Virus record (IMG/VR): IMGVR_UViG_2595698455_000001
Coordinates: 32,001 to 96,000 of that record
Source: a virus
Lineage: Duplodnaviria > Caudoviricetes
DNA length: 64,000 bases
Strand: one strand, 5' to 3'
Part shown: positions 10,028 to 20,100 of the stretch, piece after piece
Layout of the letters: each line of letters starts with the position of its first letter
Position numbering within the stretch: the stretch's first letter is position 1
Notes under the pieces: generated by a model
Database searches by the model: none
What the model was told of the DNA's origin: nothing
The model's input: the letters and a program-made list of their open reading frames with translations, nothing else
Program-made: the position numbers and the translations under genes

Positions 10028-10519
10028 TTAACGGGTGATGATTTTACTGTCAGGCAGGATCAGGCCGGGGTGGTCCAGGTTCTTCTGCATCTGCTGGATG
10101 CTCTGCAGGATGAATGAGGTTTCAATGTGACGCTTCACTTTTCGACCTTCATCACCGTAAGAGATCTGCCCCTGAGGATCGATGTAGTGGGCTGTCACCA
10201 CACGCAGGTCATAGCCACATTGCAGAAGGTACTTGGCCAAGTTGCACACTTCGATAGACAGTGATTCACCGTCCACGCCAATGTTGGCAGAGTACAAAAC
10301 AGCGCCATCAGCCAGAGCCTTTTCTTCAAACATCAGCAGGCCGCCGATAGTCTGGATCAAAGGAACACCCTCTGTATCCAGAGCAACTTGTTCGAACGCG
10401 CCGACAAATTCATCAGGAACTTTACCATCTGCATCCGACACCGTGTGCTTCATCAGATCCAGAACATGCTGCTGCACTTCCTCAATCGGGGTGCGTTCAA
10501 TGGCGGTTTCGTTTTGCAT
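10028..10519 (-). CDS. hypothetical protein
   Basis: Start reassigned to MQNET with GGAG SD. Confidence 0.7.
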   Translation of the reverse strand: MQNETAIERTPIEEVQQHVLDLMKHTVSDADGKVPDEFVGAFEQVALDTEGVPLIQTIGGLLMFEEKALADGAVLYSANIGVDGESLSIEVCNLAKYLLQCGYDLRVVTAHYIDPQGQISYGDEGRKVKRHIETSFILQSIQQMQKNLDHPGLILPDSKIITR

Positions 10520-11027
10520 TACCTTTCTCCAGTTCATAATCGCGCTCCACAACATATTCGTAGACACGCATTTTAATATAGTCGGTGCCGCCAGCTGTCG
10601 ACAACACCCTCCATCCACTACTGAGGGCGTTCATCTTATATTGACCAACACCCTCGTGAAAATAACTTTTAATTTGATCGAGCTTTCGACCATGGTGAAA
10701 ATAAGAGACCAACTCCCCAATAACAACACAATCTGGGAAATGTTTGTCTAGAGTATCAATATTTCGATGGACGAACACAGGGAGAACTTCTTCATCGTCT
10801 ATTGGGCTATAGCAGGGATCGACGATGATTACGTTCAGTCCGGCGCGCAATAGATCCTTGACACCAAGGCGACAGAATTTATAATCGTCATGCCTCATTG
10901 CGATATGAGTGGCATTTTCTTTCTTGGCATAGTCGGACAAGAAAATAAAGAAGTCTGTGTTAGGGTCAGGATATTGTATAGACAATTCCTTGCCGATTTC
11001 ACTAAAACAAAATCCGCGCATTTTCAT
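10497..11027 (-). CDS. hypothetical protein
   Basis: 176-aa ORF. Confidence 0.7.
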   Translation of the reverse strand: MKMRGFCFSEIGKELSIQYPDPNTDFFIFLSDYAKKENATHIAMRHDDYKFCRLGVKDLLRAGLNVIIVDPCYSPIDDEEVLPVFVHRNIDTLDKHFPDCVVIGELVSYFHHGRKLDQIKSYFHEGVGQYKMNALSSGWRVLSTAGGTDYIKMRVYEYVVERDYELEKGNAKRNRH

Positions 11028-11034
11028 TCCTCGT

Positions 11035-11042
11035 TATAAATA
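11035..11042 (+). promoter_or_regulatory. T4-type late promoter
   Basis: TATAAATA about 30 bp upstream of gp26. Confidence 0.8.
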
Positions 11043-11071
11043 TCTGTACAACTATACTGTGGAGATACATT

Positions 11072-11878
11072 ATGAATTTACCATCATTGCCCAGAACGGA
11101 GAAAACGTTCAAAAGTGATTTCTGGCCGAGCACCATCAAGTATCGCGCTTTCACTGCAGGGCAACAAACTTTATTACTTCAGGTGTCTGATCCGCAAACG
11201 CCGACCGCCGAACGCGCCACTATTATGGAGAGCCTGTTCAGCGAGTGTGTAGAGGCTGGTGCTCCTTTCAGCAAACTACCAATCGGGGTTGTTGAGGAAG
11301 TGTTCATCCGCATGCGTTGTATCGCTATCGGCGAACTGATGAAGATCCGTTACAAGTGCAACAATCAGGTTGAAGAAACCATCGACCTCGGCGACGGAAC
11401 ACAACAGAAGAAGATGGTTCCGTGTGAACAAGAGCTGACATTGCCGATCCCTTTGCAGAACGTTAAATGCGTGGCGAAAGAGGGCTTCAGAGAGGTGTTT
11501 GACCTCCCTGGCGGCTATCACCTCAAGATGCGCCAACCTTCCTTCTCGGATGCCTCAGCGCTTTCAGATGCAGACAGCATTCAGGTGATGCTGGCCACGT
11601 TCATTGATTGTCTGTATGACGATGACGGACAGGTGTGGCGGATTGAGAACCCTGATGAAGCGGGCATTGCGCCTGATGAAGCTGTTGAGCGCCGCCGTGT
11701 GAAAGAAGCGTTTGTTGATTGGGTGAAAGACAACCTCGAATCTGATGTTATTGAACAGATCACGAAGGACTTCTTCCATAAGATCCCACGCATCCACTAC
11801 AAGAACAAGATCAAGTGTCCGAAATGTGGTAAAGACCACCCGATCGAGTTCAACAGCATTAATGAAATTTTCATTTAA
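11072..11878 (+). CDS. baseplate hub subunit (T4 gp26-like)
   Basis: KYRAFT, FIRMR..IGE and C-terminal CPKCG motifs. Confidence 0.85.
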   Translation: MNLPSLPRTEKTFKSDFWPSTIKYRAFTAGQQTLLLQVSDPQTPTAERATIMESLFSECVEAGAPFSKLPIGVVEEVFIRMRCIAIGELMKIRYKCNNQVEETIDLGDGTQQKKMVPCEQELTLPIPLQNVKCVAKEGFREVFDLPGGYHLKMRQPSFSDASALSDADSIQVMLATFIDCLYDDDGQVWRIENPDEAGIAPDEAVERRRVKEAFVDWVKDNLESDVIEQITKDFFHKIPRIHYKNKIKCPKCGKDHPIEFNSINEIFI

Positions 11879-12027
11879 TGTTTGAAACTGATTTACTATC
11901 CTACTTCGTGATGTGTGATGAATTGAAGTTACACGGCTATAGCATATTTGAAATCAACGAGTCGATGCCATGGCACCTTGACTTGTTAACCGAAGCCCTC
12001 AAGGTCAGGTTGTCTAAGAAACAGTAA
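11878..12027 (+). CDS. small baseplate assembly protein (T4 gp51-like), 49 aa
   Basis: Not in the ORF track. TAATG coupling to gp26; reads MFETDLLSYF...GYSIFEINESMPWHLDLL. Confidence 0.7.
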   Translation: MFETDLLSYFVMCDELKLHGYSIFEINESMPWHLDLLTEALKVRLSKKQ

Positions 12028-12050
12028 TCCCGCTTCGGCGGGATTTTTAT
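12028..12050 (+). terminator. rho-independent terminator
   Basis: tcccgc-ttcg-gcggga followed by a T-run. Confidence 0.85.
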
Positions 12051-12388
12051 TGGCTTAACTGTAAAATAGGTTAACACGTGCTCTCTTTACCTGAAATTGT
12101 TATAACAGCCGTGTTCCTGAGCCATTTGTTGGTGATCGCCTGTTTTGAATCAGATTGTCAGTAAAATACCATTTTTCAAGGAGTGGTCTGAGGTGTACAG
12201 TTATTGCCTCGCTCTTATGCCTCCATGGCATTGGAATGGTGCTGCCTGCATAGGGCGGTTTGATGAGCGAAGCGAATAGATCGATAAGGACAATAAACTG
12301 AACGGAAGCAGAGCTTCCTATAGTATATAAGGCAAAATCCGCTGCGCATAAATACCTTCAAATCCTTGTTTGACAACCGGAACTCAAT

Positions 12389-13999
12389 ATGTTAGACAAA
12401 ATGAGATGGTTTTATGGCACCGTTGAGGATGTCAACGATCCAGATGAAAACGGGCGTGTTGCTGTCCGTGTTCGTGGCGTTCATACCGAAGATCCCGTGC
12501 TCCTGCCTACGGACAAACTTCCATGGGCAAAGGTGATGATGCCTGCCTCCAATGCCTCCTCGGCCGGATTAGGCTGGTCTCCGACGGGTATTATCGTCGG
12601 CACTGAGGTCATGGGCTTCGCCCTGGACGACGCTTATCAGAATCTGCGCATCACTTGGACATGGCCTGGAGCAACCCCGACTGACGGCGCTGACACTAAC
12701 CCGCTGGCGCTTGGTCAGGTCGTCATGTCGGTTGAACGTCAGGCGTACAATGCTGTCACTGACGTTCCTGTGAAACAAGAAGATGAACCTCAGCCTGATC
12801 CCGAACCGCCTGTTGGTGGGTACGATCCAGAGAAGTGGATGACCATCGCCCGTGGTGAACTCGGTGTCAAAGAGTACGCCGGAAAGTTCAACAACAACCC
12901 ACGAATCGTTGAATATCATAAGACGACCTCTCTTGGTGCTTCCGAAGACGAAGTGTCCTGGTGTGCAGCATTCGTGGGCTGGGTTATGTTGCAGGCCGGA
13001 TACACGTCTACGCGCTCCGCTCTTGCCCGTTCGTACCTGACATGGGGTAGTGCACTGTCAGCACCCCAATACGGCGCTATCGTAGTCTTCCGGCGCGGGA
13101 ACAACCCTACATTCGGTCATGTGGCGTTCGTGCAGAAGTTCGATGCCAACTATGTCTGGTGTATCGGTGGTAACCAGTCTGACTCGGTAAAGGTCAGTCG
13201 CTTCAGTCGTTCCTCGGCCTTGGGCTACCGCTGGCCTGGACCTGCCGACACAGCTGCGGCTGCTCCGACACAACAGAATGGTAAATGGTCAGAGCCTATC
13301 CCTGATCGTACTCCTAAGGAACAACCGACTCCGGCTCCTACTGGTCGAGTGCAGGATATTGACAACACTGGTGAGACTATGGTTCCGGCGGCAGGCGGTT
13401 CCAAGTACCCATACAACAACGTCATGGCATCCCGTGCTGGTCATATTATGGAAGTGGACGACACTCCTGGAGGCGAACGTCTTCATTGGATGCATATGTC
13501 TGGCTCGTACAAGCAGATGCTTCCGAACGGAGATGTGGTCAACAAGGTCGTCAAAGACCATTATGACCTGACGGTGTTCAACAAACGCTATTATGTTGGT
13601 GGTGATCACAACCTGACGATCAAAGGAACCGAAGTCCAGCGCAAGACAGGTGAGGTCTATCATCTCCATTCCAACAACTACTCCAACGTGGTTGCAGGCA
13701 CAGCGTTGATGAAATTCAGTAACCTGGCTGAGATGCAGGCACAGAATATTCTGCGTATCATCTGCGAGACTCTGGAGGTCGGTGGGACATTGAAGGTTCC
13801 TAAGATTCTGGCGACTGAGATTATTGCCGACAAACTGACTGTGGCGCAGACGATCGATGGTAACATCATATATGCCGAAGGTGCTGGTCGCGCTTCTTCT
13901 CTGTCAGGTGCAACCCCTGCAACCCCTGCGGGTCCAGGTGAGATTGATATCAAGGCAGAATTAAAAGACAATGGTGGTAATTTCGGCACCGAAGAGTAA
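12389..13999 (+). CDS. baseplate hub/spike (gp5-like) with a CHAP/NlpC-P60-like cell-wall hydrolase domain
   Basis: OB-fold start WFYGTVEDVNDP..GRVAVR; WCAAFV...GHVAFV...GGNQ; YPYNNV..GHIMEVDDTPGGERL; CATAAATA upstream. Confidence 0.9.
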   Translation: MLDKMRWFYGTVEDVNDPDENGRVAVRVRGVHTEDPVLLPTDKLPWAKVMMPASNASSAGLGWSPTGIIVGTEVMGFALDDAYQNLRITWTWPGATPTDGADTNPLALGQVVMSVERQAYNAVTDVPVKQEDEPQPDPEPPVGGYDPEKWMTIARGELGVKEYAGKFNNNPRIVEYHKTTSLGASEDEVSWCAAFVGWVMLQAGYTSTRSALARSYLTWGSALSAPQYGAIVVFRRGNNPTFGHVAFVQKFDANYVWCIGGNQSDSVKVSRFSRSSALGYRWPGPADTAAAAPTQQNGKWSEPIPDRTPKEQPTPAPTGRVQDIDNTGETMVPAAGGSKYPYNNVMASRAGHIMEVDDTPGGERLHWMHMSGSYKQMLPNGDVVNKVVKDHYDLTVFNKRYYVGGDHNLTIKGTEVQRKTGEVYHLHSNNYSNVVAGTALMKFSNLAEMQAQNILRIICETLEVGGTLKVPKILATEIIADKLTVAQTIDGNIIYAEGAGRASSLSGATPATPAGPGEIDIKAELKDNGGNFGTEE

Positions 14000-14071
14000 G
14001 TTGGTATAGTTTAGTGGCAGAGGGACAGCACGTCTCTCTGCTCCTTATAGGCATCCTGAGAGGATCGCGAA

Positions 14072-14452
14072 ATGAAAGAGTACAAAGATGTCGATCTGAA
14101 GTTCGGCATGCATCCGGTGACCAAAGATGTCACCATGAAATCAGGCGTGTACGCTGTCCTGCAATCCGTGCGGAATATCGTTATGTCTTCAGTCGGGGAC
14201 TGGCCCACTTATCCTGGGATCGGTGCAGGGCTGTATAATCTCCTTGGAGAGAACACCACCCCAACGATTCAGGTTGACGTGAAGAACAAAGTAGAGGATG
14301 CTATCGCCCTATATGAACCCAGAGCTGAGGTAGAAGAAGTCACGGTGAGTCTGTCGGAGGATTACCACTCTCTGGGCGTGACCATCACATTCTATGTGGT
14401 CAACAACCCAGATCCGATAACAGACACCGTGTGGTTGAAGAGAACGAACTGA
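14072..14452 (+). CDS. baseplate wedge subunit (T4 gp25-like)
   Basis: YKDVDLKF, QSVRNI and YEPRA motifs. Confidence 0.9.
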   Translation: MKEYKDVDLKFGMHPVTKDVTMKSGVYAVLQSVRNIVMSSVGDWPTYPGIGAGLYNLLGENTTPTIQVDVKNKVEDAIALYEPRAEVEEVTVSLSEDYHSLGVTITFYVVNNPDPITDTVWLKRTN

Positions 14453-14842
14453 TTAACTTGCGTTGGGCGGTGTGAACATAGGCTTCAGGACGATATTCAT
14501 TTTGAAGCACACCAACAACGCAAATCTGTACTTCAGACCATCCTCCCTGAATTCGTATGGGATCGCGTCCAAGAACAGATCATACTTCTGTAGGTCAATT
14601 GGTTTGTCAATCATGAACCTCATCATCATTGATGAATCCCTTGGCTTGAAATTCTCTGTGCGATTGAAATCAAATGCCCAGTATTCACTGTCTTCGATCG
14701 CGCACGAAACCCCTTTCCCTACCTTCTTTCCACCCTCGTATACTGGGTTTGTTTCTCCGGCGGCCAAGAGTTGATGCAGAACTCGGAAGGTGTCCAGTTC
14801 CTTCCTTGGGAGAATAAACTTCGCGTCAAGAGGGTAGTTCAT
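14453..14842 (-). CDS. hypothetical protein
   Basis: 129-aa ORF coupled by ATGA overlap. Confidence 0.65.
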   Translation of the reverse strand: MNYPLDAKFILPRKELDTFRVLHQLLAAGETNPVYEGGKKVGKGVSCAIEDSEYWAFDFNRTENFKPRDSSMMMRFMIDKPIDLQKYDLFLDAIPYEFREDGLKYRFALLVCFKMNIVLKPMFTPPNAS

Positions 14843-15309
14843 GATGGTTGCTCCGCGAGAGTGATCACAACCATATTTAAGACTGTGTCGATAGCTCGGC
14901 CTGTTTCCTCTTCATGGAGGGTTTCAGCCTGCAGGTGCACGTCAGTAATGAAACTGTCGATGTGCATTGATGTCAGGTATGGGCGGTGCTGGCTGATTGG
15001 GCGATTGACCAGCACATAATTGCGCAGTGTGTTGAAGTCCTGCTGTGAGCATCCAGTTGTGTCGATACGAAGGAAGCGTTCATTGTGGCTTGTCTTCAAC
15101 TCAGTCGCCTTGCCGAGGTAGGCCAGAGGTCCAATGCGACCGATTCGGAACATGACATCGACTACCGACTTGAAGATCTCTCGCTCAATCAGGGCGGATG
15201 GTGACCAGCAGATAGCTTCATTGTCTTCAGGTAAGAGAGTGTCAATCACCAGAGGGAGCTGAATGTAACCGAAGTTGTGTAATGGATTGGTGAGTACTTT
15301 GTTTGTCAT
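14839..15309 (-). CDS. hypothetical protein
   Basis: 156-aa ORF with AGGA SD downstream of an early promoter. Confidence 0.7.
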   Translation of the reverse strand: MTNKVLTNPLHNFGYIQLPLVIDTLLPEDNEAICWSPSALIEREIFKSVVDVMFRIGRIGPLAYLGKATELKTSHNERFLRIDTTGCSQQDFNTLRNYVLVNRPISQHRPYLTSMHIDSFITDVHLQAETLHEEETGRAIDTVLNMVVITLAEQPS

Positions 15310-15360
15310 GGTGTAGTTCCTGCTGTTCAGTTTGTGGCGAATGCCAATGAATTACTGGGA

Positions 15361-15390
15361 AGTATAAATGCGGGAATTATAGAAGTAAAG
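15361..15390 (-). promoter_or_regulatory. early-type promoter
   Basis: TTTACT...TATACT on the minus strand, next to terminator hairpin aagcccctc-atc-gaggggctt. Confidence 0.6.
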
Positions 15391-15413
15391 CCCCTCATCG
15401 AGGGGCTTAGGTG

Positions 15414-15638
15414 TCAGCGCTTTACGCTTGCGGCGAGTCCAGCAACGTCGGTCACAGTACTGTCGGCCAAAACGATCACAGGCATCGCCATCCGCTGCTT
15501 ACCAGTCAGCTTCTGGAGTTCTTCTAGCTGGTAGTCTTTGTCCAGCTTCAGAATCTTATGATCAATGCCACGGGTGCGGCAAATGTTTTCGGCGGTAACG
15601 CACTGAGCACAACCCTGCTTGGAGTAAATCGTAATCAT
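15414..15638 (-). CDS. nrdC: glutaredoxin
   Basis: IYSKQGCAQC (CxxC) and MPVI motifs; downstream of nrdB. Confidence 0.85.
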   Translation of the reverse strand: MITIYSKQGCAQCVTAENICRTRGIDHKILKLDKDYQLEELQKLTGKQRMAMPVIVLADSTVTDVAGLAASVKR

Positions 15639-15647
15639 TTCTCACCT

Positions 15648-16751
15648 TCACACAAATTTAAGATTGTCGGATACCGAACCAGTCAGTACACCCATAAGAT
15701 AATCAGGAGCTTCAGCTTCCTGCAACGCGTATTGCATTGTCTTATTATCTAGCCAGTCATTAATCCATGGGACTGGGTTCTCCTTGCGAGCTTCGCCAGG
15801 ATATGGATGACCGATAGCGCCCATGCGGTGGGTGGCCAGCCAGTCTACCATCTGGTGTAGGATCTTGGCGTTTAGGCCGAGGATGGAACCGTCCTTGAAC
15901 AGGTAGTTCGCCCACTCCTTCTCCTGATGAACCACATCCAGGAACATCTGGGTCATCTCACCGCGCAGTTCCTCACGGATGATTGCGAAGTCAGGGTCCA
16001 TACCAGGCAGGCGGTTCAGCAACGTCTGCGTCAGGATCAGGTGGTCTTGCTCATCACGGGCGATCTGGCGAATGATTTTGGCGTTGCCTTCCATCTTTTG
16101 CTGGAACTGCATGAACGCCCAAGAACAAGCAAACGACACGTAGAAGCGGATGCCTTCCAGGGTATTCGCCGCAAACAGGGCGCGCCAGAATGCGCGTTTG
16201 GCATTCATGATATCTTCGCTGGTGAAGATACGTCCGGCCATGCGCATACCGCTGTAACGAACCATGTCGTCGTAGTACACGCTGATCTGGTGAGCGCAGT
16301 CCACGATCTCTGCAACGTCCAGCACATGGTCAAACACGATACCAGGATCGTTCACAGTATTGCGCAGGATGTGGGTATAGGACAGGGAGTGAATCGCTTC
16401 CTGGCGCGTCCACTCAAGGACAGCGAACTGCATCTCAGGGGTAGACGTCCAGGCAGCGAACGCCTCGAACGGGGCCGCGCCCTGGATAGAGTCCAGCATG
16501 GTCTGGCGCTTCAGGTTGCTGAAGTAGACATGCTTCTCGGCTTCGTTCAGGGTGGCAAAGTCAGATTTGTCTTTGGTGATGTCCACCTCTTCAGGACGCC
16601 AGAACTGGCTGAGGCCTTTTTCATACCACTTCTGCACGAACGGCCAGGCAACGACATCATAGCGCTGGATGCTCACTGGGTCACCGAAGAACGGCAGGCC
16701 GGTGTTGTCAGAACTTGGGTCGAATACGGAGAATTGTTTCTGTTCGCTCAT
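15648..16751 (-). CDS. nrdB: ribonucleotide reductase class Ia beta subunit
   Basis: FWRPEEVD, QTMLDSIQG, EAIHSLSY, LEGIRFYVSF and IARDEQDH motifs; start at MSEQK. Confidence 0.95.
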   Translation of the reverse strand: MSEQKQFSVFDPSSDNTGLPFFGDPVSIQRYDVVAWPFVQKWYEKGLSQFWRPEEVDITKDKSDFATLNEAEKHVYFSNLKRQTMLDSIQGAAPFEAFAAWTSTPEMQFAVLEWTRQEAIHSLSYTHILRNTVNDPGIVFDHVLDVAEIVDCAHQISVYYDDMVRYSGMRMAGRIFTSEDIMNAKRAFWRALFAANTLEGIRFYVSFACSWAFMQFQQKMEGNAKIIRQIARDEQDHLILTQTLLNRLPGMDPDFAIIREELRGEMTQMFLDVVHQEKEWANYLFKDGSILGLNAKILHQMVDWLATHRMGAIGHPYPGEARKENPVPWINDWLDNKTMQYALQEAEAPDYLMGVLTGSVSDNLKFV

Positions 16752-16752
16752 G

Positions 16753-17046
16753 TTATGCCTTGCCTTCGTGGAGTTTGATTTGTTCGGTCGTGATGTAATT
16801 CTTGATGTTAGCAACAAAATCCTGGCGTTTGTCCTCAGGTAATTTACTGAGATCCAGAAGGAAGTGGGTGCGGTTCGCCGTGTCCAAAGGATCTGTGTAG
16901 TTCAAAGGGATGGCCGTGATTTCCCCGCCGTTATGCCAAGCGCTTGCCGTCTTCACGTTTCGGAGAACATTCTCCGCTTCGACTTTGCTGTCGTGTTTAA
17001 GAAAGATGGCTGGCTGGCCAGGGACTAACACTAATGTCTGGAACAT
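16753..17046 (-). CDS. hypothetical protein between nrdA and nrdB
   Basis: 97-aa ORF with AGGAG SD. Confidence 0.65.
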   Translation of the reverse strand: MFQTLVLVPGQPAIFLKHDSKVEAENVLRNVKTASAWHNGGEITAIPLNYTDPLDTANRTHFLLDLSKLPEDKRQDFVANIKNYITTEQIKLHEGKA

Positions 17047-17116
17047 ATAGAACTCCTGATGAATAAGGGGTGATATCTCACCCCTGATGATATAACGATA
17101 GCAGGTTTAGACCAAC

Positions 17117-20100
17117 TCAGACGATACAGGAGTCGCAACCAGGTTCTTCAGCCTGCTTCAACTCTTCGTCTTCCTTGGCGTCCTTGTTCGTGTTGTAATA
17201 CAGAGTCTTGCCGCCCCACATATAGAAGGACAGGATATCCTGCATCATCTTGGCACGAGGGATCTTGCCGTCTGGGTACTTCTCAGGATCATACCACGTG
17301 TTGGTGCTGATGGACTGATCTACCCAGCGCTGGATAACAGCGGCAGTCTTCAGGTACTCGATGCATTCCAGATCCCACTTGAGGTCATACAGCGGTCCAA
17401 GGGTCTCAACATCCGGAACAACCTGCTTGTACGCCCCGTCCTTGCTGCCCTTGACACTGACCAAGCCCTTCGGTGGCTCAATACCGTTCGTTGCGTTGAG
17501 GACTTGTGAGGAGCTTTCGGTAGGGGCTACTGCCAGCAGAGTGGCATTGCGGATACCATAGGTCTTCAGGTCATCCTTCAACTCATCCCAGTCCAGTCCA
17601 TATGCCATCCCTTCCGGCTTCTTACCATTTGGCAGGATATCGAGCGGGAGCGGCTGAAGATCGGCGGTGACCTGCCCCATACCATGGATCGTTCCGCGTT
17701 TGCATGCGCCGAACTTCATTGCCAGACGGTTGGAAGCCTTGACCAGATAGTAGTGCAGGTGTGCCATCCACGCATCCAACATCTCAAGGCCAGCTGGTGA
17801 GCCGTAGCCCGTGAAGTTCTTGGCCAGGAAGTGGGCCACGTTCACGATGCCGATACCCAGAGGACGATAATCCTCAACAGCCTTGCGTGCCTGGATAGCT
17901 GGATAGTCCTGATATTCGAGCAGCATGTCCAATGCCGACACCAGAACGAACGCCACATCCTCCATCTCCGTCGGGTCTTCGAACGCCGTGAGGTTGAAGG
18001 AAGCCAGAGTACACAGAGCCACACGACCACTTTCATCATCGTACTGCTGGAACTCACGGGTCGGCAGCGCAATCTCCAGACAGTTATGCACCAATATGCC
18101 TTCACTACTCATAGGGTCGTCATTGGTCACGATGAAGAAGTTGTGGTTGTCATCAACTGTCAGATCATATACATCCTCTACGCCAGCAGGGGTAATAGAA
18201 ACGACAGTAGGGTCTTCCATAGGCGCTTCACGAGAAACGTTTGAAACAACCAACTTCTCTTTGTGCTCAAATGGTTCAATGGTTCTGGCTCCGACTTCCA
18301 GCATATTCGTGAGGTTGGAGAACTTACCACCAAACCGGTTTTTGCTAAAAGAGTTCGGCATGGATGGCGATTTCTTAACCATTCTCGGTAAAGTGACCAT
18401 TTCCCCATTGTCCTTCATTTCCCAAGCAAGATCAAGGATGTCTTGGTTGCTCATACCCTTGAATTTAGGGTTTCTTTCCATAGAAGTGCGCACAGAGCAG
18501 TTATGTACAGCACGGGCTTTGTCTGCTTTCACAGCAGGGTTACTTGGATTACCTACCCCAGACATAGAAGCCGATTTCTTAGCGAAATTGTCTTCCGCTG
18601 GAATAGAACGGAGATTGCCAATTTCATCTAGGACAACAGCGTCATCAACGATATGATCAATATGATTACCAGGATCCAGAGGGCCATCGTAAAACTCATA
18701 GATCATTCTGTGTTGGTTTGACAATCCGTTGCTGACGCTATTGATGCGTCTATATTTGTTCTCAGACATCGTGGTGTAGAAACCTTTCAGTTTCTGTCCA
18801 ACCGCATGCCGCGCTTCGACGTATGGATAATCACCACGGGCGTCGGAAAGTGCCAGTGGATGGTCTGGTGTGCAGCGGAATGTCTGGCCGTTGCTCAATA
18901 GTACTTCTACAACTTCACGCACCCCAGTCTTGGCGGCCTTGGCCATCTTGATTTCAGTCACCCATCCACCGTCATTCTTTTTAGAAGGACGAGCAGAATA
19001 TACAGGGAACTTCTTATCATAACTAGACCAATCGGCCAATTCTTTGATACTCACCATGTTACGACCATCAGCGGCAGCCACCATGGTATCACCCGTAAAG
19101 CACAGGTTGGAGCTGTATATCGTGTCAAGGTTGAATGGGCTGTACTGGTTCATATGATCTACAAACGCGATGTAGATGCGTCCTGTATCCGAACGCTGGT
19201 CTAACAGCATCTGGAAGACTTCTTCGGCCTGCAACTTCTTGGCACGACAGATACCTGCGTCGGCGGCTTTGATCATGTTCTCGTACAGGACACGGAACTT
19301 GTCAACGTCGGCGAAGTAAGCCTCATACATGTCAGGATTGTCTTTCGGGTCGAACAGATACAGAGGCTGCTTGGCAACCAGGCGCTCAAACATCACGCGG
19401 TTGATCTGAATACCGTAGTCGATGCGACGTTCGCGGTTCTCTTCTGTTCCACGGTTGTTCTTCAGGACAACGACGTCATCGAACTGGTAGTGCCACAGGG
19501 GGATGTACCCTGTCGCTGCACCGCCGCGAATGCCGCCCTGAGAGCACGACTTGAGCGCCCCAGTGAGATACTTGATGAACGGGATCAGGCCTGTGTGAAC
19601 CATCTCTCCGCCGCGAATAGGACTACCAATACCACGGATTGCCCCGAAGTCGAAACCGATACCAGCGCGTTTTGACACATAGTCAACGATGGTCTTGGCC
19701 GTTGCGTTGATAGAGTCCAGGGTGTCACCAGTCTTGATCAACACACATGAGCTGAACTGACGGGTAGGAGTACGAACACCGGCCATGATCGGGGTTGGAA
19801 GACTGAACTTGCCTGTGCTGGCATATTCATAGAACTTCTTCACCATTTCCAGGCGGCTGTCTTTGTCCCAGTTGGAGAACAACGCCATGGCGATGCCCAT
19901 GTACATAACCTGTGGTGTTTCGTAGAAGACCTTGCCATCTTTCCTGGAACGGTCACGCAGCAGATACTTCTCAGTCAGCTGACCCATGGCCGCCCATGTG
20001 AAGTTCTTGTCGCGTTTGTGGTTGATGACATCGTTCAGTTCGTTGAACTCTTCGGTCGTGTAGAGGTCGAGGAACTCACGGTCATACACACGACGTTTGA

